DNA from: Cetorhinus maximus | Taxonomy: Eukaryota | Assembly: GCF_964194155.1 (NCBI RefSeq) | Contig: NC_135897.1 | Location: 94,612,001 to 94,676,000 of the forward strand | DNA length: 64,000 nt | Reading direction: 5' to 3' | Shown: in pieces, positions 25,900-38,240 of the stretch | Layout of the letters: each line of letters starts with the position of its first letter | Numbering within the stretch: position 1 is the first letter of the stretch | Position numbers and translations under genes: made by a program | Notes under the pieces: generated by a model | Told to the model about the DNA's origin: nothing | The model's database searches: none | The model's input: only the letters and a program-made list of their open reading frames with translations

Positions 25900-26165
25900 A
25901 GGAGATCTTGTGGTGCAGTGGGTAGCGTCCCCGTTCTTGAGCCCACAGCTACACGTTCATATCCTACCCTAGAAGTTGATGGCTAAGGAAGGTGCATCCA
26001 TAACGCAGCCTAACAGGCTGAATGTCAATTTTAAATTCTTGCCAACATGCGGTAAGGGCTGGAGAGATCACTGGTCAGCCATGTGATAGAAAGTAAATAG
26101 GATCTACTACCATCAGAACTCATAATTCTGGACTACAACTTGATTATGAGTGCCCTGATACAGCC
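25900..26165 (+). mobile_element. tRNA-derived SINE (second copy at ~44720-45035, minus strand)
   Basis: A-box TGGTGCAGTGG, B-box-like GTTCATATCC or GTTCGAATCC, shared body GATGGC(T/C)AAGGAAG. Confidence 0.7.
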
Positions 26166-26421
26166 TGAAAGGATGTTTCAGAGAGAAGATTGGAAGTACA
26201 GGAGTTAGTGGTGGGAGGAGAGAATTGACTTTTTGCTCCTCTAATGTTGCGTTAGAGGAGGCTGAGACTGATGAAATTGTTGGATGAATCAGTCTTGCAG
26301 TAAAACAATGTTTGAGGGTTCAAACAGGATAGTGGTACGTTAGAGCTCGGTGCCATCAGTGCACAGTGTTGCCTTATTCATTATGTATGTCAGTGCTGCC
26401 GCCTTAGACCTTGAGCGAAGT

Positions 26422-26782
26422 GGGGAGGTGGTGGAACAGTGGTATTGTCACTAGACGAGTATTCCAGGGAAATCCCCTGGAGACCCAGGCTTGAATCCCA
26501 CCATGGCTGATGGTGGAATTTGAATTAGATAAAAACCTGGAGTTAGAAGACTAATGATGACCAAGGAACCACTGCCGATTGTCATAAAAACTCATCTGGT
26601 TCGCTAATGTCCTTTAGGGAAGGGAAGCTGCTGTCCTTACCTGGTCTGGCCTACATGTGACTCCAGGCCCAAAGCAATGTGGTTGACTCTTAAATGCTCT
26701 CTGAACAAGGGCGATTAGGGATGGGCAATAAATTCTGGCCCAGCCAGTGATGTTGACATTCCATGAACGAATAAAGAAAAAA
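26422..26782 (+). mobile_element. tRNA-derived SINE with CR1-like 3' tail (other copies ~40957-41265 +, 52490-52920 -, 61360-61730 +, 63350-63700 -)
   Basis: GTGGTGG..CAGTGGTATTGTCACT head; tail GGGATGGGCAATAAA..CCAGCCAG matches LINE ends at 12455-12520 and 57842-57905. Confidence 0.75.
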
Positions 26783-27129
26783 TAACTCGGTCGATATTTG
26801 AGGAGGATACAAAAATGTGAAGTGCAGTTAATTCTTTAGATGGACCAAACGGAGCCTCAAAGGCTTCTTGATAAAATGGCGCAATGAGCTAAAATGTAGC
26901 AGAAGGAATTCCATGTTAATATATGAATTGATACATTTTACTAAAAGTAATGTCAGCGCTATTTATAAAGAAAAAGATAATAGGCTCCGTGTTATTTTAG
27001 TGCAGAGGGATTTGACCTACAAGGCATTAAAAGGGGCGCCGCATGTTGATAAGCTTAACATAGCTAACGTAATTACAGATTTTTTCTCGAGAGATTTGAA
27101 ACATAAAAGGTGATGAAGGAATATGTAAA

Positions 27130-27840
27130 CAGGGTGGGCAAATGTGATAGCGCCTGTAACATGAGCAAAAATGGTGAGAGTGGAACTTCCGCCGCTCAGC
27201 GGGAGGAAATCCCGCCATCGGGAACTGCCGTCCAATCTGATTGGTAGGGTTTAAACGAAATATTGGCACATGATTGGCCGGCAGCTCAAGCAGCACCAGA
27301 ATAGTGGGCGCTGCAGGATTGCAAGCAGGCCCATGGATGAAGAGGTCATGGCCACCGGAGAGAGGTAAGGGTGGGCGGTGGCGGCCTTTGGAGGCGAGGT
27401 GGGTAGGATCAAAGAGGGTTGGGCTGTGTCCCTGATGCGCTCAAGGCACCCTCCGCAAAGGACGTACCCCCTTCATGTTTAATCAATTTGCTTGAGAAAA
27501 AATGTCCTGCCCACTGCCATCCACCAGCCGATGCGGCCCGGTGGGATTCAACGGTCCCGCTGAGAATAACTCGCCGCATTTCACAGCCCCATCCCCGCCG
27601 TGACGAGGCCCTTAAATTCCAGCCTGTGGCGTGGGCTGCGTGTTATGTGCGCCCATTGGCTTGGTAACAAGATCAATTGACCCTCAATTCTTTATTGTAA
27701 AATGGAGGGCAGGCTGGCGATCTCCTCACCCGCCCGGCTACCGTATGATTGGGGACAGCTTGGGGGTGGGCGAAAAGGTGGTGGCCGTATTTACCGGACC
27801 CCCACCCCTCGCCGAAAACACGTCAGATGAAATCCAACCT
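27130..27840. mobile_element. Cluster of GC-rich MITE sequence at the inner edge of the right arm
   Basis: AAATTCCAGCC and GAAATCCAACC termini; partial mirror at 23760-23910. Confidence 0.55.
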
Positions 27841-30800
27841 CTGGACTATTTGGACTCAATGGTCAACTTCTGTGTTGTGACCTCTAAGCTTTATGTATAT
27901 CGGGATGGTGACCTCGTGTTTGTTGATGACGAGAAGCTTGTTGATGACAAATAGGAAGTGTCCAAAGATACAGCAATAGGGAGCTCTGGTTGTCCCTCTG
28001 GTGTTGAGAAGAGAAGCTATTACTTTAGATGATGAGGCTACAAAAGTCTTGAGTTGGGCTGAACATTAGGGAAAGGACATTGGAGGAGGATGGAATAATA
28101 GGCCATATCATGAGGACAAAACGGGTTAGCAGAGCGTCCATCTTCACATCAGTCATTGTTCAGAAGTATGGTTAAGGCTGTTGAAGTTCCCTTAGAGCAA
28201 GGAAAAATTCAAACAGGGAGTTACAGAAGACCTGGGAATAGACCTGGAGAGGTAGGAGCTATATATTGGAAATGGCGTTGGAGCTGGAAGGGCCGAGAAC
28301 GGAAGAGGAGGAATTGTTAGGTGGGCGTGAAAAACTGGTGATCGCGAATTGGCAAGCTGTTTAGAAGTGAACGAGCAAGAAAACCGGGCAGCCTGTACAA
28401 TGGTCAGCCGGTTCGCTAGCTTCTGTTTTGAGAGGAGGGAGATAATTACGCCTTTGGAAGCGAGGGGTACTGTATCAGAGGAAGCAAATATTTGCTTATT
28501 AATCAGAATGGGAATTGCGTGATAAATGGTTGAGTGGCAAGGAGATCGAGAGAACAGCTTGGAAATCTCAAAGACGAGAGAACAAGGGGAAAACGAAGAG
28601 AATCTGTAGGGCAATGGTTATTTAAAGATAGTGAGTTTGAGAAGGGCCTGTCCCCGGGCCCGGAGTCTAGTGGGGGCGGTGGGAACAGCTGCGAGGATAG
28701 TTTCATCTCGGTTATGACGAGAACCATGAATGTTTCACACGAGGCTTGAAGTGATGATGTGGAATGTTGTTCACAGATAAAACTGAGTTTGTCTATCCTT
28801 ACTCTCTAGAATAAGAAAAACACTGGACAACTTTGGCCGACGACAGTGAAGCATAATGTTGTTTAAAATAGCTAAACTGAATCTGATCATGAACAGCTAA
28901 GCGATTATGCGCCATGTATGCTCGAGTTTACACCCCTGAGATTGGAGGCAGCGTTAAAAAGGTCAGCACAAGAGGAGTTGCAGGACAACTCATTAATTGC
29001 GGTAGGCACTGCCTGTGTACATAAGATAATTATCCAGTTAGGCTGTGCGTGTAGAACTAAAGAGACAAGTGTAACTCTTCTTGCCTTTGTGTGGGAATAT
29101 CTCAAAGCTTCAAGCAATGAATTAGGTTTCGGATGCAGTGACGTTGTCGTGACTGTTACACACTGATCAACCGAAACAGGTGTCGGGTAAGAAGGGGGTG
29201 TTGATACATTTAGTCACTCCATCAACATGCCCTCATAGATAATATGCACCAATGGTCTTCTGTAATGTAAACTTCTGTCGTTGCATGTGCACACCAGGAC
29301 GCAGCTAGATTGTTGGCTGTAGAATTAACTCCAGGAAATATACTCCCAAGTAAAACGGATGAGTCCATGTTAATCGACTTTGTAAAGGAACCGCTCGGTA
29401 ACGAGGAGGATTGAATGCAATGATGGTAGACATTGCTGGATCGTGAAAATGTCAACAATGGAAATCACAGATCCAAGAATCACAGATTTGTTACGGTGCA
29501 GAAGGAGGCCATTCGGCCCATCGTGTCTGCACCGGCTCTCCGGAAGAGCATTTTGACTCAATGACATTCTCCTGCCTTTCTTTTCCAATAATTATCTAAT
29601 GCCCTCTTGAATGTCTTGATTGATGCTGCCTCCACCACACTGCCAGGGAGTGCATTCCAGACCCGAGCTACTCGCTGTGTGAAAATGTTTTTTTTTCCTC
29701 ACATTGCATTTGCTCCTTTTGCAAATCACTTTTTGTCTGTGACCTCCAGTTTTCGAATATTTTGCGAGTGGGAACAGCTTCTCCCTATCCACTAAGATAA
29801 ACGCAAAATACTGCGGATGCTGGAAATTAGATACAAAAACAGAAAATGCTGGAAAAACTCAGCAGGTCTAAACGGCACCTGCGGAGAGAAAAACATAGTT
29901 AACATTTCGAGTCCGAATGGCTCTTCTTCTTCTCTCTGAAGAAGTCATACACACTCGAAAGTTAAATCTGTCTATCTCTCCACAGATGATGTTAGACCTG
30001 CTGAGTTTTTCCAGCATTTTCTGTGATTATTCCCCCCTATCTACTCTGTACTCATGATTTTGAACACTCCTATCAAATGTCCGCTGAACCTTCTTCTCTT
30101 GAAGGAGAACAGACCCAACCTCTCCAATCTATCTTCATAACTGAAATTCTTCACCCCTGGAACTAATTTTGTAAACCTTATCTGCACTCTCTCCAATGTG
30201 TTCACATCCTTCCAAAAGTGTGGCTCCCAGAACTGTACACAATAATCCAGCTGAGGCCCACCCAGTGTCCTATTCAACTTCAGCACAACATCCCTGTTCT
30301 TGTAATTTATGTTCCTATTTTAAAAAGCCCAGGGTACTGCATGTTTTATTAACTGCTCTCTCCACCTCTCCTGCCACGTTTAATGGCTTATGTACATATA
30401 CACCCGGGTCTCTCCGCTTCTGTACCTACCTAAAAGCGTGCCCCTCCATTTTATCATGTCTCTCCATGTTCTTCCTACCAAACTGAATCACCTCACACTT
30501 CTCCGCGTTGAACTTCATCTGCCACCTATCTGCCCACTCCACCAATATGTCAGTGTCCTTTTGAAGTTCTACACTGCCCACCTCAAAGTTTACATTCGTC
30601 CAAATTTTGTGTCATCCACAGACTTTGAAACTATCCCCTGCTCACCAAGGTCACATCAAACGCCCACTGCTGAAAGATAAAAGGCCAATTCCTGTGGAAA
30701 GGGAAGTTTGGGGCCCAGGGTGTTTATCCCCCTGGCAGAGAATCACATATCTCATGAACCGGTTCATAGCTCACCAGAACTTATGCGTTTCGGAAATGAG

Positions 30801-31721
30801 TTCAACGTTCAGGGATATATATTTTCGGAATGAATGCAGAACTTATCAGTTGGATCAGTTAGTTGTTGCGGGAGAACCTGTGCTATTCAAGGGGCTTAAT
30901 CACTGAGTGAGTGGCATTTGCTTATGAGGCCTAATGATTCTCTAAATGATATGTGGTATTCAAAGATATTGAAGGAAATTTGTCTCAGTCCATTAAGTAA
31001 GTCAAGTTCTGGATAAAATAGTAAACGCATGATTTGAACGTAGGAAAGAATGGACAGAAAGGGATCTATTGACTTTATTATGCCGTTAGGGGGTAGGTTT
31101 CCAGCTTAGGCAGCAGTACACAACACGGATCAGTTAATCCTTTCGATGGGTCATTGTGTCGTTTCACATTCTTCCCAGCGAATTGGATGGACTAGAACAG
31201 AAGCGATCACCTGACATATGTAACGATTGCGCCGCTTAATACGTTCGCTATGCAGCCATAATGACAATCTGTGTACTGTTCATTAAAAGAACAAAAGATA
31301 AATATATAGGGTATCATTTAGTATTATTAATAAATGAATTCAGCATCTAAATCAACAACATACTTTGCTAAGATCAAAGCTTAAAGAAGACTTAAAGAAG
31401 CTTCCAGTCTTGGGCTGTGTTGCATTTCATCCTATTTTCTGCTGCTACAATCGACTAGAACAACAGTTGTTTATGTGAAGGCAAAGCCGAAGAAATTCTT
31501 CACGGTATCCCAAACTTTTTCATGCATTCAATCAATCATTCCATTGACAAAGTCCTATTGACTGCTTCATCCGGCACAAGAGAGAATGTCCTATTGGTTT
31601 CCATCTGTGCAGTATCAATCTGTGGGTACAATTTTACGACAGCGGAATTTTACAGTGCCGCCGAAGTCAATGGAGTTTCGAATGGATCGACGCTTTTTCC
31701 CGCCATGTTCCCGCCGCGACT

Positions 31722-32620
31722 CTATAACCTACCCATTATCTGCTTTCTCGTGTTCTCCTTTGGTTTTATTAAGATAATGTAACATTTTGGAGCAAAGATA
31801 CAACTCAGCAGCCCAAACCTCGATGCTAAAATAGCGAATATTTCCACAGCGACCGTGTATTTTCCGGGTGTGCTCACATAAGCGGGGATAAAAGTTACCC
31901 ACACTGCAAAAAAGATGAGCATGCTGAATGTTATAAATTTAGCTTCATTGAACTTGTCCGGTAAGGCCCGCGCCAAGAAAGCTAAAATTAAACACACACA
32001 AGCTAACAGCCCGATGTAACCGAACATACAGCAGAAAGCAGCTGTGGAACCCACATCACAATCAAGGATAATCTTTGCACTTTGATATTTGGTGTTTTTA
32101 GTTGGGAGTGGGGGAGAGGTCACCAACCAGACAACACATGTTAGAATTTGGATCAATGTACAGAGAAAGACAATTGATCTTTGTTGTTTGGGTCCGAACC
32201 ATTTCATGACGTTACTGGCCGGTAGGGTTGCTTTAAAGGCCATCAGGACTACCAGAGTTTTACTAAGGATACAGGAAATGCACAGAACAAAGCTCACTCC
32301 AAATACAGTGTGACGCACCATACATGACCATGGTGTTGGTTGTCCAATGAATGCAATGGAGCACAGAAAACAGAGTATTAATGAAATTAACAGAAGGAAA
32401 CTTAATTCTGAATTGTTGGGCCTTACAATGGGCGTGTTTATGAAATATAAGAAAACAGCTGCAACTGCTCCTGTGACACAAGCTCCAAACAGTGAAACCG
32501 CCGTGAGTGTTATTCCTATTTCATCCTGAAATGAAACGAACTCAATTTCTTTTGGGAGGCATCGATCTCTTGGGTCATTGGACCAATAATCTGTGGGGCA
32601 TTTGATACATTCTGCAGAAT
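31722..32620 (-). CDS. V2R copy B exon 6 (7TM, 899 bp)
   Basis: ORF 31722..32648; six amino-acid differences from copy A. Confidence 0.95.
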
Positions 32621-32753
32621 CTGAGGAAGAATCGGGTATATTTCTCATCAGCTGCAGAATGAAATATTATGTGCAAACATTCTGATATTATGAATCGGTA
32701 CTGGGTGTTCATTCTTCCCCTCTGATATATGTAATTAAATGAATGCTACGTAC

Positions 32754-32866
32754 CTGTTTTGTTGCTAATCTCTCCGTCGGAACATGGCAAACAATCAAAG
32801 CAACAGAATGGTTGCCCTTTTCGAGCGCCTTTTCTTGTACCCGGAGGACAAATATCGCTGCAAACC
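32754..32866 (-). pseudogene. V2R copy B exon 5 remnant lacking its splice acceptor
   Basis: B reads AATC-GGTTTGCAGC where A reads AATC-TCCACAGGTCCCAATATC-AGTTTGCAGC. Confidence 0.88.
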
Positions 32867-33390
32867 GATTAAACATTCCACTCTGAACTATATCCTGCAT
32901 TTAAAACCTTCTTTGAACATGTCAGGAATATTGTATGCATTCGTTTTTCGCACAGGCTATCTCCTTTGCTTATTCAGTTGTACAAGGTTTGAATCGCTTC
33001 TTGGTCCGCATAGCTGTGGAAAGGCTGGAGTTGATAGTAAAATAGCTAAAATTTAGGCGGTAACATTTTGAGTAACGAATATAATTAATTTTGTAACTTT
33101 TAAGTACAATGTATTGAACAAATCTCAGGCTTTATCAATACATTTCCTCTTGTTTAATTGATGTGGTGCCTTTCTATTCCACTTAATTTGTATTCCATTT
33201 TTATAATGCACAATTTAGAAATTAGAATAATGGAGACAAATAAAATATGGTCAGCAGAAGCTGTCAAAATAAAGAAATCGTTGTGTGGGGAGAAAAATTA
33301 TGAAAAGGACACACTTATCAAAAATAATTCTCCAGGTGTGAGATTTGCTATGAGTTATCCCTGATCGCCACTGAGAAGATAGTGATGGAC

Positions 33391-33604
33391 ACAAATATAA
33401 AAACAAAAAGCTAAAAGCTACTGCGGATGCTGGAAATCCAAAACAAAAACAGAATTACCTGGAAAAACTCAGCAAGTCTGGCAGCATCGGCGGAGAAGAA
33501 ATCAGTTAACGTTTCGAGCCTTCATGGCCCTTAAGGGCCATGAAGGCTCGAAACGTTAACTGATTTCTTCTCCGTCGATGCTGCCAGACTTGCTGAGTTT
33601 TTCC
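33391..33604 (-). mobile_element. Young fold-back Penelope-derived insertion unique to copy B intron 4
   Basis: 14-bp TSD AGATAGTGATGGAC at 33377-33390 and 33605-33618; empty site in copy A near 18238-18251; palindrome 33459-33606. Confidence 0.9.
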
Positions 33605-34291
33605 AGATAGTGATGGACCTTCGTTAAACCTTTCAATACGTGTGGCGAAGGTGCTCCCAAAATATTGCTGAATGAGGGAATTCCAGGATTTGCACTTGTC
33701 AACTTGCCAAACAATGCAAATGTAATTTTTAAAAAATCTTTTTCACACAGCGAGTGGTTCGGGCCTGGAATGCACTGCCTGGAAGAGTGCAGGAGCCAGG
33801 TTCAATCGAGGTATTCAAGAGGACATTAGATGACAATTGAAATAGAAACAACGTTCAAGGGCACGGGGAAAAGGCAAGGCAATGACACGAAGTCATAATG
33901 CTTATTTGGAGAGCCGGTGCAGAGACGATGGGCCGAATGGCCTTCTTCTGCGCCGTTAAAATTATCTGATTCTCTGAACGGTAGTGTGTGATTTAGAAGG
34001 GAACTTAGAGATAATGGGCTTCCCATGCTGTCACCGCCACTTCCCCTCCATGTATTGAATTTCGCGAGTTTGCGAGATGCAGCCGAGAAAGCTCTGGCGG
34101 GCTGATGTTTTGATTCCTTTAGATGGTTCTGCACTCACAATGGGCTATTGGTAGAGTGGGTGGTTGGTTCGCGCTGTGGCTAAGACCATTCTGTCTTAGT
34201 ATAGGAGTCAAACATATATACAGGGTAAAAAATAAAAGTAAGAACTAATTGTGAAATGGTGTGGTTCTGTCAACATTAGAACAATCCTTAC

Positions 34292-34519
34292 CCTGGTGTC
34301 GGATCCATGCCAAATAATTCTACTTTCATTCAAGACGAATTCTTCTCCTTCCGGCAACGCTGCATCGTAATATCCAACTTTCACAAACTCTACCGATCCA
34401 TCAGCGCGTTCCTGCCAATTTATCACGTCATAGGAAGCGATAGGATCTCCGTTCTTATCAAAGCGTATTTCCTCGCCAAACTGGTTTGTGAAGCGAACCT
34501 CCTTCAGGTAGTGTAAAAG
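34292..34519 (-). CDS. V2R copy B exon 4 (228 bp)
   Basis: ORF 34208..34534, LLHYLKEVRF... Confidence 0.92.
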
Positions 34520-34741
34520 CTTTAAACATAGCAAAACAATTCCATTCTAAAGAGCAGCAAATCATCCATTAGTCCGCAACATTTCTGATAAATTATTTCA
34601 ACACGAATTTTAAAATTGACATGAGTATTAGAACGATTCGCATCATGCTATTCTAACCTTCAATCAGCATGTTAAATAAATATTTTGTTTCGAAATACGG
34701 AATGCATTTTGCTTCTCTTGGATGACTTGATCTTTCCTCAC

Positions 34742-35572
34742 CTGCCAGGGGAGAATGCGAGATACTCGGCCACACGTGTTGTTGATAAATGGGCCTTTCC
34801 CATTTTCACACGACCTCAAATTATGAAGGGCGTGAGCAACCGCATATACTGCTTTGTACACATTGTACGAAATTCGTAATTGTGACACATCGGTGTATGT
34901 AGTTTCAGCGGTCTCCAAGCTCTCTAAACCTGTGCACGGTTTGTAAGGTGATGAGTTTTCTTCTAGACTCCGATTTGACATTTTAAGGTTACATCCAAAA
35001 ACATCCCGTCAGAGTTCTTCTACAAAGGGATTGTCTGGTGTTTTGGAAGGGTGGAGTTTGACTAGAAACTCTCTCAGTCTTGGAATTTCCGCTCTCCTGA
35101 CTCCAAACCCAATTGTTCCAGAAAATATTCCCCGTGTTTCCTCTGTCCACAACCTGACAGATGTGATGCAGGCTTCACTTGCAATCAGCTGAATGTCGCT
35201 TATGTTGTGCCGCCTAAGTTCTATTGCTAAAGATTTTGTATCACGCTCAAGGGAAAATATTATGATCACCTTAGCAGAGGACTTTTTAATAATCTCTATA
35301 ACCTGAAGCACCTCAATTCTGGTGCTTCCAGGAGGCATAAACTCAATAAAGGCGATGCATGTTTCGAATTTAGAAACTTGTTGAATGAACGACATTATCG
35401 CAAATCGACCATATTCACTGTCTTCAGTTACAATCCCAATCCAAATCCATTTAAAGCGCTGCACCAGCCTCACTAAGGCTTTGACTTGAACGGCATCACT
35501 GGGAATTGTCCTGAAGAAAGTTGGGAATTCGCGCTTATCGCTCAGACAGGTGCAGGACGAATCGTAACTGAC
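34742..35572 (-). CDS. V2R copy B exon 3 (831 bp, internal TGA)
   Basis: ORFs 35009..35473 and 34664..34981 lie in the same frame, split by TGA. Confidence 0.9.
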
Positions 35573-36191
35573 CTAGAGGTTAATACACATGTTTAGTTAT
35601 AATACAGAAACCACATTTCTGAATCCGGCATGGTCCTACTACTGATAAACGGTAATTCCGAACATTGATTGGGGTCAATAATAATGCAATTAAATGGAAT
35701 GTTCCAAAATTGTTTAGTAAGGAAAATTGAAGCACAAAGTGGAAGGCAGAAAAAAGTCCCTTTGATCAGCATTAAATAACTTGGAAAACATATACATGTG
35801 TCAGGGGCAACCAGGAAGATTTTCGGGAAAAAAATGCCAAATGATCTAATATCGTTCGTTTCACATTGTGATCCAAAAACAATCTGACCCCGTTTCTTTC
35901 ATTCCAAATCGATCGTTTTTTTTCGGGCCGATCCAATGTCGGCCAGGAAGCTACATAGAAATCAAGTCAATTTGGACGTTGAAACGGACACAAATCAACT
36001 GGAAAATCCGCTGTGATATGTTTCTCGCGATTATAACAAGTCGTTCCTAAAATGTCTATCGTTGATGGTTGATCAACTTATTTATTTATTTATAAATAAA
36101 TTATTTATTTATTTAAATATGCACTAGTTCTGCGTCTATGGGGCATTCAGTAAAAGATCTTTAACCTATGAAGGTGATTAATGAATCCTAC

Positions 36192-36483
36192 CAGGCCAAT
36201 ATCAAAAGGAGCCAACAAACGTGACGCGGCAATGGACTGTGAAGATGCTGCGTCTCCCACAATGATAGGCACTGACGGGAGGGTCGCGCACGTGTAACTT
36301 GATCCAGCCTCATCGTCCTCGTTCAGTAATTTGAGGGTTCCTTTCAGCGAGTCAGGACTTGTATGACAGCTGTCAAAGATCTTATAGCCCAATGTTACAT
36401 TGGGAAGCAGCTCCGGATTCCTGTTTATTTCTTCTATTGCGAATATCATCGTTTGTAACCAGCGCAGCTCTCTTTGCCGGAGC
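36192..36483 (-). CDS. V2R copy B exon 2 (292 bp)
   Basis: ORF 36147..36593; encoded peptide identical to copy A exon 2. Confidence 0.92.
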
Positions 36484-38028
36484 CTGTTAAATAAAATATC
36501 GGCATACTGAGTGGGAGTCACGTTAGATGCAATTTCGTTTACGTCTGATGAAAGGATATCAACCTGATACATTAAATCTGTTTCCGACTCCATAGAATCT
36601 GTCTGACCTGCTTAGCTTCTCCAGCATTTTCTGTTTTTATTTCAGACTCCTAGCATCCGCAGTATTCTGCTCTTGTTCAATTCTTAAGTTGATTCCTGGC
36701 AGGAGGCAGACGCTGCAGTTTAATAAGTTGTTGCAACAAAAGTGAAATTAATTGACGGCTGTCTTTTACTGTAAATGTGTCGATCCGTTTGCCGATTCTG
36801 TAAATCTGATTTGTTTATTAATTCTATGTCTTGTGCACCTCTGTGGCCCAATACATTTGGTTTTTATAGAGCTTACACTTCAAGCGTAAAAAAATACTTG
36901 TGTTAATTTCCTGCTTCATCCGAATGCCTTTATCCCAATTCTAACGGGATATTTAAGCAATTTTCTTTCTTGGGCGGCAGCGCAAAAGAGATGGCACCGC
37001 CTCATCCGCCTGTTATAGGCTCCCCTTGATATTCAGTTCCACTGAAGTTACCGGAATTGCAGCTGGGGCGGGAATATAACAGGAGGCCAATTGGATTGTT
37101 TGACGCTCGTTGCCAAGTTGACTTCCTGCCTAAAATAAAAACAGAAAATGCTGGAAAAACGCAGCAGGCCTGACAAAAACTTTTGGCGAGAGAAACGGAG
37201 TTAGTAGAGCGGATGAAGAAGGGTTATACGGACTCAAAACGTTAACTCTGTTTCTCTCGCCACAGATGCTGTCAGACGTGCTGAGTTTTTCCAGCATTTT
37301 CAGTTTTTATTTCAGATTTCCAGCATCCGAAGTATTTTGCTTTCAGCTGAATTTCTATCTAATGTCGGACAGGTTCTACTGTTCTCCTAACTAGAGATAT
37401 TCCTGGATAGAACAACTAAACAATGACACAAAATGGAAAGAAGGACAAAAATAATCCAAGTGAGAAAACAGAAAGAAACGCATTTTATAAGCAAGAAGAC
37501 CGAAAGCGACGGGAACACAAATGCGTAGATTATTTTCTAAGGTTCAAAAGTTGCACAGGAAATGTCAGAAATGCACACAATGGCAGAAGCAGCTAAACAA
37601 AAACAGAGAAGCGAATCATTCGGTCTAGACTTTCCATTATCATTCAACAGCTAACAATCCGATGATGTTTTAAATATCTCTGATCTTATTTTTCCAACTG
37701 TCATATAGACTTTATCTTCAAGGGCTAGTTTGTCTTCCTGGTGCAGTCGTTCCGACTGTAACATGTCCTTCTTGCTGTTTTGTCTCTGATGCCGAAAATC
37801 ATTTAGCTGATGACAGAAAGACATGTCCTCGACCTCCCTTCCACCCACTCGAATGCGCCCACCAACCTCCGCAATATTTCGACAGGTTACACAACTACCG
37901 AAACTTAGACACGATGACTACCCTGATTCAAGTATTGGATGCTATTTGACAAACTAAACTTTTACCATATTCAGGGAAACATTCCTGTTCACCGCGGCAC
38001 TTTGAAACAGATTGACCATCTTACTTAC

Positions 38029-38240
38029 TGGAAGCAGCGCATTGGCTGAGGTTTAGAGCGAAACGTGTCATAGTCTGGAGCTGTTCTGAAATGTATGGGA
38101 AATAAACCACCCAGTACTATATCCCCATCTTGAGAAACTCCGGAATTGAACTTCTCCCGTTGTTTACATGTAGGTTCAATCGTTAAATTCAACTTGATTG
38201 TGAAGAGGAACAGAAGTCTCCAAATAGAAAGTGACTGCAT
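38029..38240 (-). CDS. V2R copy B exon 1
   Basis: ATG at 38240; ORF 38025..38291; donor GTAAGT. Confidence 0.88.

Larger units (their letters stand above)
31722..38240 (-). pseudogene. V2R/OlfC-family class C GPCR, copy B (inverted duplicate of A); nonsense codon in exon 3 and deleted exon-5 acceptor
   Basis: Exons mirror copy A. TGG>TGA at 35009-35011. An 18-bp deletion near 32866 removes TCCACAG|GTCCCAATATC. EAW is changed to EAC. Confidence 0.92.

Noticed and set aside
25905-25975. tRNA gene
   Set aside because: A/B boxes only, no convincing cloverleaf; it continues into a SINE body that recurs at ~44.9 kb.
3601-33618. AGATAG appears in all three Penelope-type TSDs, hinting at target specificity
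   Set aside because: Only three sites, and the motif differs in position and orientation relative to the element.
37651-37848. 65-aa intronic ORF in copy B
   Set aside because: No ATG start, no recognisable domain, and the A copy has a different A-run length at the same place.
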